From: Takakia lepidozioides
Taxonomy: Eukaryota; Plantae; Bryophyta
DNA length: 64,000 bases
Reading direction: 5' to 3'
Assembly: GCA_030704615.1 (NCBI GenBank)
Contig: CM060733.1
Span: 64,480,001 to 64,544,000 of the forward strand
Below are positions 1-13,338 of this stretch, one piece after another. Position numbers and translations under genes: made by a program. Below the pieces are notes generated by a model that ran no database searches, was not told the DNA's origin, and worked only from the letters and a program-made list of their open reading frames with translations. Within the stretch, counting starts at the first letter, position 1. Every line of letters starts with the position of its first letter.

Positions 1-3000
1 CTGCCATACCTCCATGGCTTGCCCGACAAATCACAAAGAATGTCCTTCTCTCCCACATGGTTGAACAGGACGTTATACTCCAGTGGATCAACTGTGGAAT
101 CAACAAGTCTTTCTGCTTCACGTAATTTGAATTTCGAATGTTCCTTCACGAAGCAAAATGCCTGAAAGATAAGAGTCTGCAGAGAAGGAAATGAAAACGT
201 CAGAGGTGGCCTACACGTACAGGGGCAATTTCGGCGCAGAAATTGACATAGCAGAGGAGAACCACAGCATACCTTCTGGCCATCGTTGAGAAGACCCTGC
301 GTGTTGATGCAAGTCCAGATCTTTTTCAGGATGGGTGCTGCACTTCTCCCCGTCCATACTTTGATATCATTCTCAGTGACTTCTCCATCGGCTGCTAGCA
401 CAACAACACAGCCAACGTCGTCCAACATGTTGGCTGCGAACCCGAATGTGTGGCTCCAGTATCTTTCGTCGTACTTGTTCCACCAGGGAACTGAGCCCAG
501 CCCAGTATCTCCTGCCCATCCGGGATATCCACAAGGATCATGTCGATGGAGGCTTTCACCGCCCTGCCCCCGACTGTGCTCTTTTTGCCGTGGCTCATCG
601 CCACAAAATACTCCATCATCTTTGTGTAGCCAGGAGTGTCCTCCATATCATTGCCAGTGGCCTTCCTCTTCCCCTTCCCCTGGTGGGCCTCGATCGCCTT
701 CCTCAATCTCGTTATCTCCAGCCTTCTGGTCAGAGCAGTTAGGAAATTTTCATTAACACACTCCACAATTGTGGGTGTTTTGAGGACTTCCCTGCCCGCA
801 ATGTGCACCGCACGGTAGGGTCTGCCAGGTGCATCCTCGTATAGTGATCTCTTCGCAGCCGACCCCCGGAGCGCTGGCCCTTGTGAATTTTCGGACGAGG
901 TGTGGCCCCCTGGGTGTTTTCCTGCTGGAAATCGTCGTCGGAATCCTCCTCATCTGGCTGACTGTGTTGCTGCTTCTTCTTCTTGGGTGTGGGGGTCTTC
1001 GTCTCTTGCCCCTGTTTGCGCGTTCTTTTCTTCCTGTCCTTGGGCTGCTCAGCTGCCTGCTTCTCCATCTGCTCCTTCGCCAACGCTGCCGCCTTGGCTG
1101 ACTTTCTCAGTGCTTTCTGCTTGGCTGCCTCCTCTGCTTTCAGTCTTTCCGCGTCCTCTGGTTGGGGATCCGATTGCGCCTTCATAGCCCTGGCATTCGC
1201 TTCCTTCTTCAAGTTAACCTCCGAGAGGTCAACGGTCCCACTTGGGAGATCCACATACCAGGGGCAGTCTACCAAATGCTCGGCATGCCACTCCTTCGCC
1301 ATTACTTCTGTGTACATCGTTCCACGACCTCCAGGTGTCCTCCACGCCAGGAAGAATGGTGGAACCCTTTGAATGGCTCCGGACGGAATGAGTGCAAAGT
1401 TTATGTACCTGCAATCACGAGGCAGTTCAACAAAAATCATTCTACCGATGCATCATGCAAGTGGAAGTTGTCAATGCACAAGGTATTTCGGCACCGAAAT
1501 ACGGAGTGGACCGTGCCCCAATTACCCAGAACTCACATCTTGCAGAGGTATATTTCGGCGCCGCAATATCCATCGCTGCTTAACCAAATCATCTAAACTG
1601 CAAATAGGGGGATGCATTGTCAGCAGATTACCTGAACAGGACACGCATTGCCGCTTTGTCGGCACCCTCCTGCTCTTCGATGTATACGCTGCGTCTTGCC
1701 TTTGCAATTTCTCTGAAAAAGAGGTTTGCGAAGCGCCCTCGCCACGACTGCACGTAGTTCTCCATTGTCTCAGGCTTCGTCTAGTCGATCTGTAACTTGA
1801 AAGTGGTGGTGTTGCAGTCCAATTGCTCTTGGGCGTGGGTGAGTACCTGCATCATGGCAGGTTTCCAAAACATTCATGATTTTGAAATTGCGACGATGTC
1901 CAACACAGAATAGGAAGAAAATTATACCTGATGCCACCAAGTCATGACATTGAGCCAGTCGTTCATTTTGTCGTCTGTTGGCTCGATGGGAAAGTGGTAC
2001 AGCAGCTTCGTGTTTGTATGGCCGTTCCAGATTCGCAGCCACCTCGTCTGCAGCCACCTCACATCGGTCAGACAAGAACTCCAACATAAGAATCGCGAGA
2101 AGTCACAAAACAAGAATAAACACATGCTTACCTTCTCCGCCGGCTCAACACAGGACACTGCGATGTGATGAAGTTTCTCCATGGACATTTCCGGTTTCAT
2201 GGGTCTGGAGTAATGCAGAGTAGGAAGAAGACCATCAGCGATTGCAACTTGCTTAACAAGTTTGGACCTGTACTTGGTCCGGGATTGCTTCCCTGCCTGC
2301 ACAATATGACTCTCTATCGACGCGTCCGCCTTGTTGGGGCATCATTCTCAAAGAACTGCCTTTTGGCATAGGCCAAGTCATCCCTGATGTTCGTCTGCAT
2401 TCCCATACCCAGCAGATACAGTCAGGCCACGGATCCCTGCAACAAATAACATTAAATTGATACTGAAATTTGAGATGAACCTCACCGAATAGAGGATCTC
2501 CACCATGGCGTCCAGTGTTGGTCGGTACCAGGTGCGATCTGCTTTCGCTAGGACTTCCTGTACAGCTCGGATCGAGGGACTTTTGGAAGTCCGTCAGCGG
2601 AGCTGTCCCCACTTCTTGCACTCTGTAGAGCGTATGTGCCAGATGAGTTTCCACGAAGGCCCTCTCTGTTACCCTGCCATGGAGAAAAAAAACAACATGA
2701 AAATATGATTTCGGCACAGCAATCCAATTTCCAGTTCATAGAGTGCATGACAGTGGTGAACATTGCCTATTTCGGCGCCGCAATAGGCAGTACACAAGGA
2801 TGTAATTGTATACTTACAGATTTATATCCGCCATGGCACCCTTCAACAGTCCTCTGTCCCTGACGTCCACCTTCACGACAATGCAGTCCACCATGTAATG
2901 CCAACTGATATCTTGCGGATGCATTTCAGCAATGTACTCTGTCCAGGCAAGCATCCTGTGGTTCCCGTCCCAAACGAAGAACATCTTCCCTTCCATGTGT

Positions 3001-4084
3001 GCGAATGTGGGATTAGTCTTCAGATAGGCTTCAAACTCGGCATTAACAGTGTGCCAGTGGGGGCCCAATTCTGAAGCTCCTCTGCAGTGGGGCCCCTTGT
3101 GACACCCTGGTCATTTCTCAATGGAAACGTAGAATGCTGCCGACCCCCGTCTGTACCCTTATCTGAAGTTGTGCTTCAGTCGATCGATATCCCCTGGCAG
3201 TGCTTGCCTTACAACTGGAAGGCTTACCATGCGACACAAAGGAACTTTGAGGTTCTCGGATACACCATGGAGCCCAAAACGCGGCCTATGTTGCTATGAG
3301 TCTCTGCCAGCAACCTGTTTGCTGCTATGTTCATGTCTCGTGCGCTCATGAGCATACCCGCCACCAGTTTCTTACTTGTATCACCTCTGTCACTTCCCTC
3401 ACCCCTCTCACCAGCCTGTGTACTGTCCTGGAGGTTTTGCTCCTCCGCAAGCTCCAGCAGGTTCTGATCGTCGCCAAGTCGTACCACGTTATCGTCCTCT
3501 CCTTCTGTCAGTTGAATGGGCCGCCCTTCTGCAGATCCGACTCCCACATCTCCAGCGGCCTCCACCGCATCTGTGTTTTCTGAAATTGACTGCAAACCCA
3601 ATATCTCCGCTTCCAGTCTCCCTAGGGGTTTTACTGGCGAAGCCATGGGCTCCTTCTGCTTTCTCGGCTTCCGAACTCTAGGTGGGCTTTTCGGAGGCGA
3701 TATCTGAGGTGTTGAATGAGGACTCGTCTGCCTCGATGCACTTCCACCTTGTGAGCGCAGCACGGGCAGGAGTATCCAAAGTTGACTGTGTTGCCTCGCC
3801 CCCTGCGATCCCTCCCCAGCTCCCATGTCAAACAAACAGGAAAACATGAGACACTGCACGCCAAAAAAAGGTGTAAAAGGAATATTGCGTATGGAGTGCT
3901 TCACATCCGCGAAGCACGAATCTCTCACTGGTGGGCGATCCGAGTCTCCGGATAACGAGGTCTGCATTTCATGCATGAGACGGAGCTTAAGTCGTGTCGT
4001 CGGCGGCTTCCCAAAATCCCGCGTCCTCCTCTTTGCCGGAGTCGCCTGACCTTCCACAAACTCTATGCTACCACTATGCCGCAT
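1..4084 (-). pseudogene. Multi-exon ParB/Srx-like + N6A/N4C DNA methyltransferase-fold cargo gene (frameshifted; 3' end outside window)
   Basis: KMFFVWDGNHRMLAW (~2945-2990), PPFFLAWRTPG..WYVDLP (~1250-1365), DMILVDIPDG (515-544), TLIFQAFCFVK..GKPWRYG (1-177). All collinear with the 33274-39956 gene; GT-AG intron at 1631-1409. Confidence 0.8.
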
Positions 4085-4329
4085 AAGGAGAGGAAACGCA
4101 GGAGAAGTCACTGCAGAAGGGCAAGGAGCGAGAGAGCGAAGCGGTGGAACATGCAACCACTATGCACGAGCAGATGCGTAAGCGCAGCCACGTCTCCCGA
4201 AGCGTTGCCACCGTCCACACTTTGCCGTGGGTGATGAAGAGATTGTGACCCCTGACACGTTCGCACGGATGAAGTCGACTGGAACACGACGCGTGCCAGT
4301 TCCAGCCACCAGTGTACAAGACGGTTTAT

Positions 4330-6070
4330 CCGAATTGCGGCACCGAAATACCTTCCGTTCACCGGATGCTGTTCCCGGAGCAGCCGGCATTGAATGAAAT
4401 ATCCGCACATCATGAAACCCAACCGCCATGAAAATCCCCTGCCTATGACATTCAACAGTCAGGTCGGTACGTTTCATCAGCGGACGGATGAATTTCGGCG
4501 CCGAAATTCATCCTATTCAAGTGCTTTCATACACAAACTTACGAATTTCGGCGCCGCAATTCATCGCTTCCCAAGTCCTCATCCGTCATGAGCAAACTGT
4601 CAGTGGGATATCGGAGCCGGAATTAATTCCGGGACAGTGGAAACGGTTGCACTTGGCACATTTCATCCATATTTCGGCGCCGAAATTCATTACGAATATC
4701 TCCGTCCGCGCGTAGACGAGGTGAAATCATCCATATTTCGGCGCCGAAATTCATCCAGAGCGAAGACTAAATCGGCACCATGCTACGCTTTGCCGCCATC
4801 ATTGCCCCTGACGGATGCTGTCCATGCCTGTTGGACTTGCATTTCTGTGGACATTTAACTATAATTTCGGCGCCGAAATTATACTTTATGTGCGGCAACG
4901 TCCCGTGCGAAAAAGACCACTTAATGGATACTGTCGGTTTCAAATGAAAAAAACGGCTAAAATGCAATTAATTTTGACAGAAGTGGTTTAATATGCCGAT
5001 TTCTCCATTAAATGCAGAATATTCCTGTATATTTCGTCGGAACGGGGTATTTCCAACGATTTACGGAAAATTATCATCCAAAAGCAAAAGTAAGTGCGGG
5101 TTTGGACGAATTTCGGCGCCGAAATTCATCCGTCGCATAGAAAATGTAATATTAGAGTTACTCATTGCGGACAGTAAGGATGAATTTCGGCGCCGAAATT
5201 GATCCATTTCAAAGAAAAATAAAATATTGGAGGGAGGGCATTGGATGAATTTCGGCGCCGAAATCCGGCGCTCAAACCCTGAAAAGAATTTGGAGGGATG
5301 AAGTCGGCTGAATTTCGGCGCCGAAATTCATTGCTCGCGAAGAAAAAAAAATTTCGGAGGACTTCGGATGAATTTCGGCGCCGACCAAATTCATTGCTCG
5401 AAGGAAAATAAAAAATATCGGGAGGACTTGGAATGAATTTCGGCGCCGAAATTCAATGCTCGCGAAGAAAAAAAAAATGGGAGGAATTTCGGTTGAATTT
5501 CGGCGCCGAAATTCATTGCTCGCGAAGAAAGAAAATTAAAAAGGGAGTACTTGGATGAGATTCGGCGCCAAAGTTCATCTGTCGCAAAGAAAAATAAAAA
5601 CAGAAGGACTTCCGATGAATTCTGGCAACCGAAATCCATCCGCAGGGCAGCAGAATTAGGGTCGGAAAGGAGATGAAGAATGAATTTCGGGCCGAAATAC
5701 ATCCATTCTGCCGATTCAGGATTACTGTCATTCGAAGTCGGCACCGATATCCGGACACGTGGTGAATCACGACTGTAATCAGGAACACATTCATCGTATT
5801 TTGGCATCTAAATTCAACCCATATGTGCAGATACAATTTAATGAAGAAGAAGTTCATCCGAATTTCGGCACCGAAATCCATCCGTTGGGTGCTTGGTCAG
5901 TTTAATGAGGTAAACAAATTACGATTTCTGTTGCCAGAATTCATCCCCTGGCTTCCAAAGCTGTTACATGACAGAGATGTTCATCCAGATTTCGGTGCCG
6001 AAATTCATGGGAAGGCCTGATTTATTGTACCCCAAGTGGTTGTATTACAATTCAGGCACCAAATATCCGA
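4330..6070. repeat. Dispersed array of palindrome GATGAATTTCGGCGCCGAAATTCATC (subfamily A) between the divergent genes
   Basis: Many copies visible, e.g. 4487-4512, 5229-5265, 5309-5331, 5494-5516, 5988-6007. Confidence 0.92.
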
Positions 6071-6250
6071 TGTGAACTTGCTGTTTTCGTCGTTTTTTTA
6101 ACGTACGTTACACACCTTCATCTTACGTGCACTGATCACCCATCCTGTTGGATACGGAATCCTCCAGAAATCATTTGTGTTATTAGGTAGGACACACTCT
6201 TCTCATTGCAGGACTTCGCTGCGGAGCGTACCGAGAGGTCCGTCTTCAAA

Positions 6251-6482
6251 ATGGACTCCCGTGTTTGGGTCAACGTGTATTCCATCCTGATTCTCTGAAA
6301 GCTAAAAATACCCTGCGACAAGGATTTTCGATTGTCACTGAGCAGTACTTGTGTGTGAAAGTTCGGGCTCCGCCCGGAACGGTGTTTTTGGAAGAGGAGA
6401 CGAAGGATGCTTATGGAAATTTTCTGGAAAGTGCCGTCCATTCTGCATGCAGATTTCGGAAAGGCAAAGAGTGGCGGCTCCC
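6251..6482 (+). pseudogene. 5' fragment of MULE transposase (subfamily A)
   Basis: VTEQYLCVKVRAPPGTVFLEEETKD aligns to VTETYLCFKFKLKPGTIYLEEERKD (13420-13500) and VMEKYLCVRYHLKPGSVFLEEERKD (30520-30600). Confidence 0.75.
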
Positions 6483-6982
6483 NNNNNNNNNNNNNNNNNN
6501 NNNNNNNNNNNNNNNNNNNNNNNNNNNNNNNNNNNNNNNNNNNNNNNNNNNNNNNNNNNNNNNNNNNNNNNNNNNNNNNNNNNNNNNNNNNNNNNNNNNN
6601 NNNNNNNNNNNNNNNNNNNNNNNNNNNNNNNNNNNNNNNNNNNNNNNNNNNNNNNNNNNNNNNNNNNNNNNNNNNNNNNNNNNNNNNNNNNNNNNNNNNN
6701 NNNNNNNNNNNNNNNNNNNNNNNNNNNNNNNNNNNNNNNNNNNNNNNNNNNNNNNNNNNNNNNNNNNNNNNNNNNNNNNNNNNNNNNNNNNNNNNNNNNN
6801 NNNNNNNNNNNNNNNNNNNNNNNNNNNNNNNNNNNNNNNNNNNNNNNNNNNNNNNNNNNNNNNNNNNNNNNNNNNNNNNNNNNNNNNNNNNNNNNNNNNN
6901 NNNNNNNNNNNNNNNNNNNNNNNNNNNNNNNNNNNNNNNNNNNNNNNNNNNNNNNNNNNNNNNNNNNNNNNNNNNNNNNNNN
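6483..6982. other. Assembly gap (500 N)
   Basis: Run of N. Confidence 1.
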
Positions 6983-9451
6983 AAAAGAGGAGGGTGAAAT
7001 TGAGCCCCGGAGCCAGACCAAAGCAGATTCAGCTGAAAGCAGCCCACAGATTGCTCTTGGCAAAATCATGTCTGAAAGATGGTTCCGACCGAGAGCCCTT
7101 GACCGAAGACGAGATGCGTGACCTCTGGAGTCCGTCTCGCACGTTTGTAGTCCGAATGTGCGGAATCACATCGTATCTTGCAAGCAGGAGTTCGGCAGGG
7201 GGTCGGACATGTACTCAATCCTGGAGGTGAAACGAATGACTGGATATGACTACATCCAAGGTAGCAGGTTTCCAGGGCAAGGCAGCGAATCCGATCGTTG
7301 TTACATTTTCAAAATGTCGACGTGTGGGCCTGGGAGTGGAGTCAACTTGGTCACTCGCATGACAACTGGAAACTTGTCGAATGCTTGGGTGTGATGTTTG
7401 ATCACATCAAGCGAATTACAAACCATCAGTGGGTGACTATGGGTGCCATGTTTATGACATCACTCCAAGAGGCTCATGACGATTGTAATCTGCGAGATGA
7501 AAGGGGAGGACACACAGTCCGAGATGCATCTGTGGGAGGGCATAAACGAGCAGATGGCAAGGGCGGGATTGCCAGAGCCCCAATTCATGGCAGACAACGC
7601 TCAGGCCAACTGGGCAGCGGTGCGGCGTGTGGACGGTGTGAGGACCCCAATGTTCCAATGGAGGGGAAAGAGAGATCCTGTGGATTCCATTGGATGCAGA
7701 GTCTATCCCACTACACTACCAAATTTGTTGCTAGCTCATTCCAGGCTGAACACCGTGTCCTTTTGTACGGCGTGGAAGGATGCACCCATATTTGATGACG
7801 CAGAGGTTAAGTTTGCTATCATCGAGGCTTGGTGGAACACGTCAGGTGCAGTGGAGACAACCAATCTGGGAGCATTGCACAGCTGGTTGGGGTGGTGGCA
7901 TTTTCGGTATCGACAGTTCGGACAGTACATGCGAGAGGTAGGCTGCTGTCAATTTTCGTTCATTTGTCTTTCTGTTACGGACATTTCGATTGGTCCCTCA
8001 CCATTGTTTGTGTCCTTCTAGGAGCGGTGCTTGGATTCCGACACGGGACATGCCGAACACGAATATGGCAGAATCGGTCCACTCCTCTGGCGAGCGTCTT
8101 CTGCCGCACATCTGGGTGGACGTAGTGACGGCCACAACGGAGGGCATCGACAGAGCAATCATGCAGAAGCCACGTACTACAAGTTCCTGAGCGGCAAACA
8201 ATGGGGCTTTGGGCCGGACAGGGAGGAATTGTTGGTACGAACAGCTTCGAGGTCCAAGAATCCAGTGAGAAATGGCGACAGCATTGCGAGAGAAGATCAA
8301 AGGGACGCCTCTGCACGCGCAGAGGTGAACACCTAGAGGGGACGTCCGTACTCCCCTGTCAGGCGGAGGATTGAAGAGGAACCCGGGTGCGAAGAGGATT
8401 CCTGGAGATCCGACAGGAACATTCGGATAGCACCTCGAGGTCCCGTCATGTTGCCGCACAATGTGTCTTCCAGTAGTGGAGCCCAAGAAATTCCAGATCG
8501 CCGTCGCCTTCAACCGGGGATTTCGTGCAAAAAAATTCCCACCGCTCCCTGCCCCAGATTCCGCCCACTGTTATGCAGTATGGCCAAGCCATTGTGGAGA
8601 CGACTGTGTCTGCATCACAGTGGAGAATTGCTCGCACAAAGCGTCGTTTCGAGGAGGAGGTGTTCCGCAATTCGTGTGATACACGGCAACGTTGTTTAGA
8701 GATGATAAGGAAGAATCCAGATGGGGCTGTCCCTGCTCTACTTTTACAGGGAAGATTTGTCCATGCAAAGTTTGCGGAGGCGACAACCACCCAGTTTTGG
8801 TTCTGCAGGCACGACATTATGACTTGTGTGTATGGAAAGCCCAAGTACGGCATACAAACAATGCCAGAGGCTCCCCCGGTGTGGCCGGTGGAACCAGGCT
8901 GCGATCTGAGTCAGGTTGAGGCCGACGCCCTTACCGCCGCAGGATTCGGATGGTGCAGCGCACTGACGTCCCCAGACAACCATTTCCGCTTCCACAGCCT
9001 CCACCACCGACCCCTGTGAGAGCAAGAACAATGGGACACGACAGCTCTAAGCATCCTACACACCGTTGGGGGAAACCAAAGAGGCGGCGACCTCCCTCAA
9101 TAGTGAACGAGACAAGGATGGGGAATGCACTTCGGATGAACTGTACAATCCAGAGCTCGACAGAAGTGCCCCCACCAGGATTCGGGCGTGTGTATCAGGA
9201 TGGCCACGGCGGGCTCAGCTGTTTGCAATGAGGTGTACACCATCACCATTTCAGAATTACCCACCTGCAATTGCACCGACTTCCAGATCATGGCGAACAA
9301 GGGGGCATCATACTGCCCTTGCAAGCATTTGTACTACGTGTACCTAAAGAGACTCCGGTGTAATTCCACAACTCATCACTTCATACATGCACCAGGGTTG
9401 AGCCCCCAGGAGGTTCACACTCTTCTGAATATGGATCCAGGGGACCAGTGA
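6983..9451 (+). pseudogene. MULE transposase, 3' part (subfamily B-like), many frameshifts
   Basis: VMFDHIKR, FMADNAQANW, CGFHW, TNMAESVHS (DDE core) and SWIM finger CNCTDF..CKHLYY; highly similar to 14472-16947. Confidence 0.9.
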
Positions 9452-10198
9452 GCTTGGCTTGCGGTCCCAATACAATGGTACGCCCATCCTTTTCGGATAG
9501 TAGAACTGTACTGCTGCCAGTACCTCAGACTCTGGCCACAGAAAGGTCCGACATATGTCTTGCCTACCAGTAACCTGTTTTGCTCGAACTAAGATATACT
9601 ATATCGTTCACTTTGCTTCCCGTGCATGTATTTTGTATGTTGGAGGGTTCATGTTTTTCTGCTTTCCGAAAACTTGCTTTCCTCATTCGACCTCCGGCAA
9701 GGAAATGTGGCGCCGCATTTCCAAGTATCGTCGTAGGTACTGGTAGAGGCGGCCTTCGCCAACACCAAACCGCTCCAATATTTCGCACGTGCGAACCCTA
9801 ATGCGGCACCTTATTTCCCAGTTCAGTTGCAAAACCTTTCGCGCCGAATACCCGAAGAAGACAGAATTGTGAAGTACTGCAGATTGTATTGGTGCAGACT
9901 CCATTGGTTCAATCGCGGCAAAAGGGTCAGCTTCATTCCAATGTTAAGGCATGTAAAACCGCGGAATACTCTATACAGGCCAGTATGCGACATCCTTTTG
10001 CAGTGGTATACTGGATTTCCCGTTGCACGGTCACTTATTTCCATGAGCGGATCTAAAAAAACCATGAGCGGACTTGTTACTGACGACATATCTTCGCCGC
10101 ATTACATGATCTGGAACGTCCAAAAACGGCAAGGTCAAATAAAAAACTATTATTTAATACTTGTTTAATTCTGCCGCATTTCCAAATTTGGAGGAGTC

Positions 10199-10302
10199 CG
10201 CTCATGAAATCCGCGTATCTTAGACTTCGGCTCACCGCTCATGCGGCTCATGCGGCTCATGGCTCATGGCTCATGGTTTCTGCTCATGAAATAGTAAACC
10301 TC
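10199..10302. repeat. Transposase-side TIR with clustered GCTCATG subterminal motifs
   Basis: Ends GCTCATGAAATAGTAAACCTC, matching the ends at 17771 and 63799 and (reverse complement) 26257. Confidence 0.9.
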
Positions 10303-11053
10303 CAACATCACTAGGCTGGAAATCAAGCAGGAACTGGGCTTCAGCTCGTGGAATCTTTTTTCTCTCGCCCTCCCCTGATTGCCTTGTGCTTCCTCATTCT
10401 TGCAGGTGAAGGTGTCTGCTGCAATGGAATCTGCTTCATTCGCCTGGGTGGGGGGGAAACGGCCTGGTCCGGTTCAGAAACAAGTTGAAGGACGGGCTGC
10501 TTCTTCTTCGTCTTTGCTGGAGAAGGGCTAGACCCCTCCTGGCGATTCTCCATGACCTTTGAAGGCAAGTCACTCTCTGGGGCTTTGAACTGCAAAGACT
10601 TGCCGTTGGAAGCCGCGTCCTTGAAACGCACAGGGCTAGGACCGGCAGGAAGACCCGTGCTCGTGGATCGGCTGGGTGTGCGTGTTGCAGCTAGCTCCAC
10701 GGACTCTGCCTGCGGCTCTTCGGATTCTTGCGATCCCTCCAGCACGTCCACTTTCCGGTTAGGCATACAAACATCTTCTACAGTCAAGTCTCCTAGCATA
10801 CAGTCTAAGAATTGCAGAAGAAAAATGAGGCGGGTTTCGGTGCTCGATCAGCTGGCGAATCTCGATAGCACGGAGCTCTCACTGGTGGCTGGGTTGCCTG
10901 CGTGGCCTGATGCTGCGAGATGGCAATCTCCTCCTATAGACGCATCTGCTTCCTCCCCTTCGGCATTAGCCTACGTCCGAAGTACAATTTTTGGAGCTTG
11001 CGACGATGTCTCTTCTCTGGTGCACGCACTCCCTCCCTCTCAGATTCGAGCAT
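10303..11053 (-). pseudogene. 5' portion of the cargo (ParB-MTase-type) gene of subfamily B
   Basis: RRKLQKLYFGRR matches RRKLKALYYGRR at the start of the 33274 gene; same position and orientation relative to the palindrome array. Confidence 0.6.
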
Positions 11054-11399
11054 AAGAAGAACAGAGACAGGGAAAAGGGGCAAAGAGTGCAGATGGAAAG
11101 GGCGCGAGAGGGGTGACTGAGGAGACACGACAAAAGAAGATGAAACGGCGATGATGCACCACTTGGGTTCGAAAGGGTTGGACGAAAGTGTCTCCTCGTG
11201 GACTTTGCTTCATTACAAAATTTGAATCGTTCAGGGAACGTCTGCCGTCCGAAAACAAACATCATTATCCAACGGTCAGGCCGCGCCGCCTCATGCCACT
11301 TCAGTCAGATAAAGTGCAGACATGTGCCGCAATTCCGTTGCTCCACGTGTTCACATTTCAAGGCATTTCCGTCCAAGCGCTTGATGAGTTAGAGTGAAA

Positions 11400-12965
11400 A
11401 TGCGAATGCGGCGCCCCATTTCCATTAAGTACCATCACGAAGCTACACATCCGTACTTGTTGGAAGAAAATGCGGCACCGCATTTCCGTTCCACCTTCAC
11501 ATACCTTAGTTGTTGAACAGAAATACGGTGCCGCATTTCCGTTCTGGAATGTCGAAAGGTGCGTTTCGGACGGAAATGCGGCACAACATTTTAGTTCCCG
11601 TGGTTCATGATTTTGAAGGGGGAACGGAAATGCGGTACCGCATTTCCGTTCCCCCTTCACATACCTTAGTTGATGAACGGAAATGCCGTGCCACATTTCC
11701 GTTCGGGAAAGTATAAAGGTCTCACCTGAACGGAAATGCGGTGCCGCATTTCCGGTTTGGAAAGTTTGAAGGTCTCACATGGATGGAAATGCGGCACCAC
11801 ATTTCCGTCCCACAGCTCCAGGCCTCATATACAAAACGGAAATGCGGCGCCGCATTTCCGTTCTAGAATGTCGGAAGGTCCGACTCGGACGGAAATGCGG
11901 TGCCGCATTTCTGTTCCCGTTGTTCATAATTCTCAATCAGAACGGAAATGTGGTACCGCAATTCAGTTCCGATGTTTCACGATTTTCAGTCAGAACAGAA
12001 ATGCGGTGCCGCATTTCCGTTCCACGGCTCCATGCCTCACATACAGAACGGAAATGCGGTGCCGCATTTCCGTTTTGGAATGTCGGAAGGTGCGACTCCG
12101 ACGGAAATGCGGTACCGCATTTCAGTTCCGATGTTTCACGATTTTTCGTCAGAACGGAAATGCGGTGCCGCATTTCCGTTCTGGAATGTCGTGAGGTGCG
12201 ACTCGGATGGAAATGCGCTGCCGCATTTCAGTTTCGATGATTCACGATTTTCAGTCAAAACGGAAATGCGGTACCGCATTTCCGTTCTGGTTAGTATGAA
12301 TGTCTCAAGCGGTCGGAATTGCACTCGGTTCCACGCATCAGATACAAAACGGAAATGCGGCGCCGCATTCCGTTCTGGAATGTCAGAAAGTGCGACTCGA
12401 ACGGAAATGCGGTGCCGCATTTCTGTTCCCGTTGTTCATAATTCTCAAGCAGAACGGAAATGCGGTACCGCATTTCCGTTCCACCTTCACATACCGTGCT
12501 TGCTGGATGGAAATGCGTTACCGCATTTCCGTTCTGGAGAGTATGAAGGTCTTGTGAGGACGGAAATGCGGTGCAGCATTTCTATCCCTTAGCTCCATGC
12601 GTCAGATATAAAACGGAAATGCGGCGCCGTATTTCTGTTCTGGTATGTCGGAAGGTGCGACTCGGACGGAAATGCGGTGCCGCATTTCTGTTCCCGTTGT
12701 TCATAATTCTCAATCAGAACGGAAAATGCGGTACCGCATTTCCGTTCCACCTTCACATACCATGCTTGCTGGATGGAAATGCGTTACCGCATTTCCGTTC
12801 TGGAGAGTATAAAGGTTTCCCCCGGACGGAAACTCGGTGCCGCATTTCCGTCGCTCTTGTGCATGACCAAGATGCAAAACGGAAATGCGGCGCCGTATTT
12901 CCATCCAGCAGCAATCGAAAGAATCACTCCGGACGGAAATCTGGAACCTCATTTCCGCATGCTGA
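11400..12965. repeat. Array of palindrome AACGGAAATGCGG(Y R)CCGCATTTCCGTT with ~55-60-bp period (subfamily B)
   Basis: Roughly 25 or more copies, with a small recurring set of related ~30-bp spacers. Confidence 0.95.
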
Positions 12966-13338
12966 ACCTGAATGGGTTGCATTGTTCCGAAACAACACAA
13001 TTGCGGCCAGTCTTGATGAGCACAACTTGGTTGTCTGACCGTTTTAACTAAAAGTACCGGCACTTGTCAGTGCAAACGTTCCTGTCTGCACCGAGAATAC
13101 TGCTGGATCCACCCTCAGGAGAAACTGTCAGGAGATGTTATTTCGTCACCGAATCGGCCATCAGTGTCTAACTTACTGGCTATGGAATCACACCTCCCAC
13201 CTTCATGCATGTAGCTTGAAACAATACTTTCCACTTCAATGTGCGACTTCCAATTGTCGATGGACTCCGCATGGTGCCTGTGAGCCTTGGTCTGTCGCTA
13301 TACTGAACCTCGCACTTGCCAACTTCGTGCGGTCTTCG

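Larger units (their letters stand above)
1..6482. mobile_element. Mutator-like element, subfamily A, partial (runs off the left edge; right side ends at the assembly gap)
   Basis: Same layout as the complete element at 26257-40175: cargo gene on the minus strand, palindrome array, then the transposase 5' end on the plus strand. Confidence 0.8.

Noticed and set aside
6136-7230. Long ORFs with X runs
   Set aside because: Artefacts of the N gap
11973-11988. TGTTTCACG resembles half of bacterial parS (TGTTTCACGTGAAACA)
   Set aside because: Only a half-site, not palindromic, absent from the A and C arrays; likely chance
11400-12965. CRISPR-like look: ~28-bp palindromic repeat with ~30-bp spacers
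   Set aside because: Spacers recur and are related to each other, there are no cas genes, and the context is an intron-containing eukaryotic transposon
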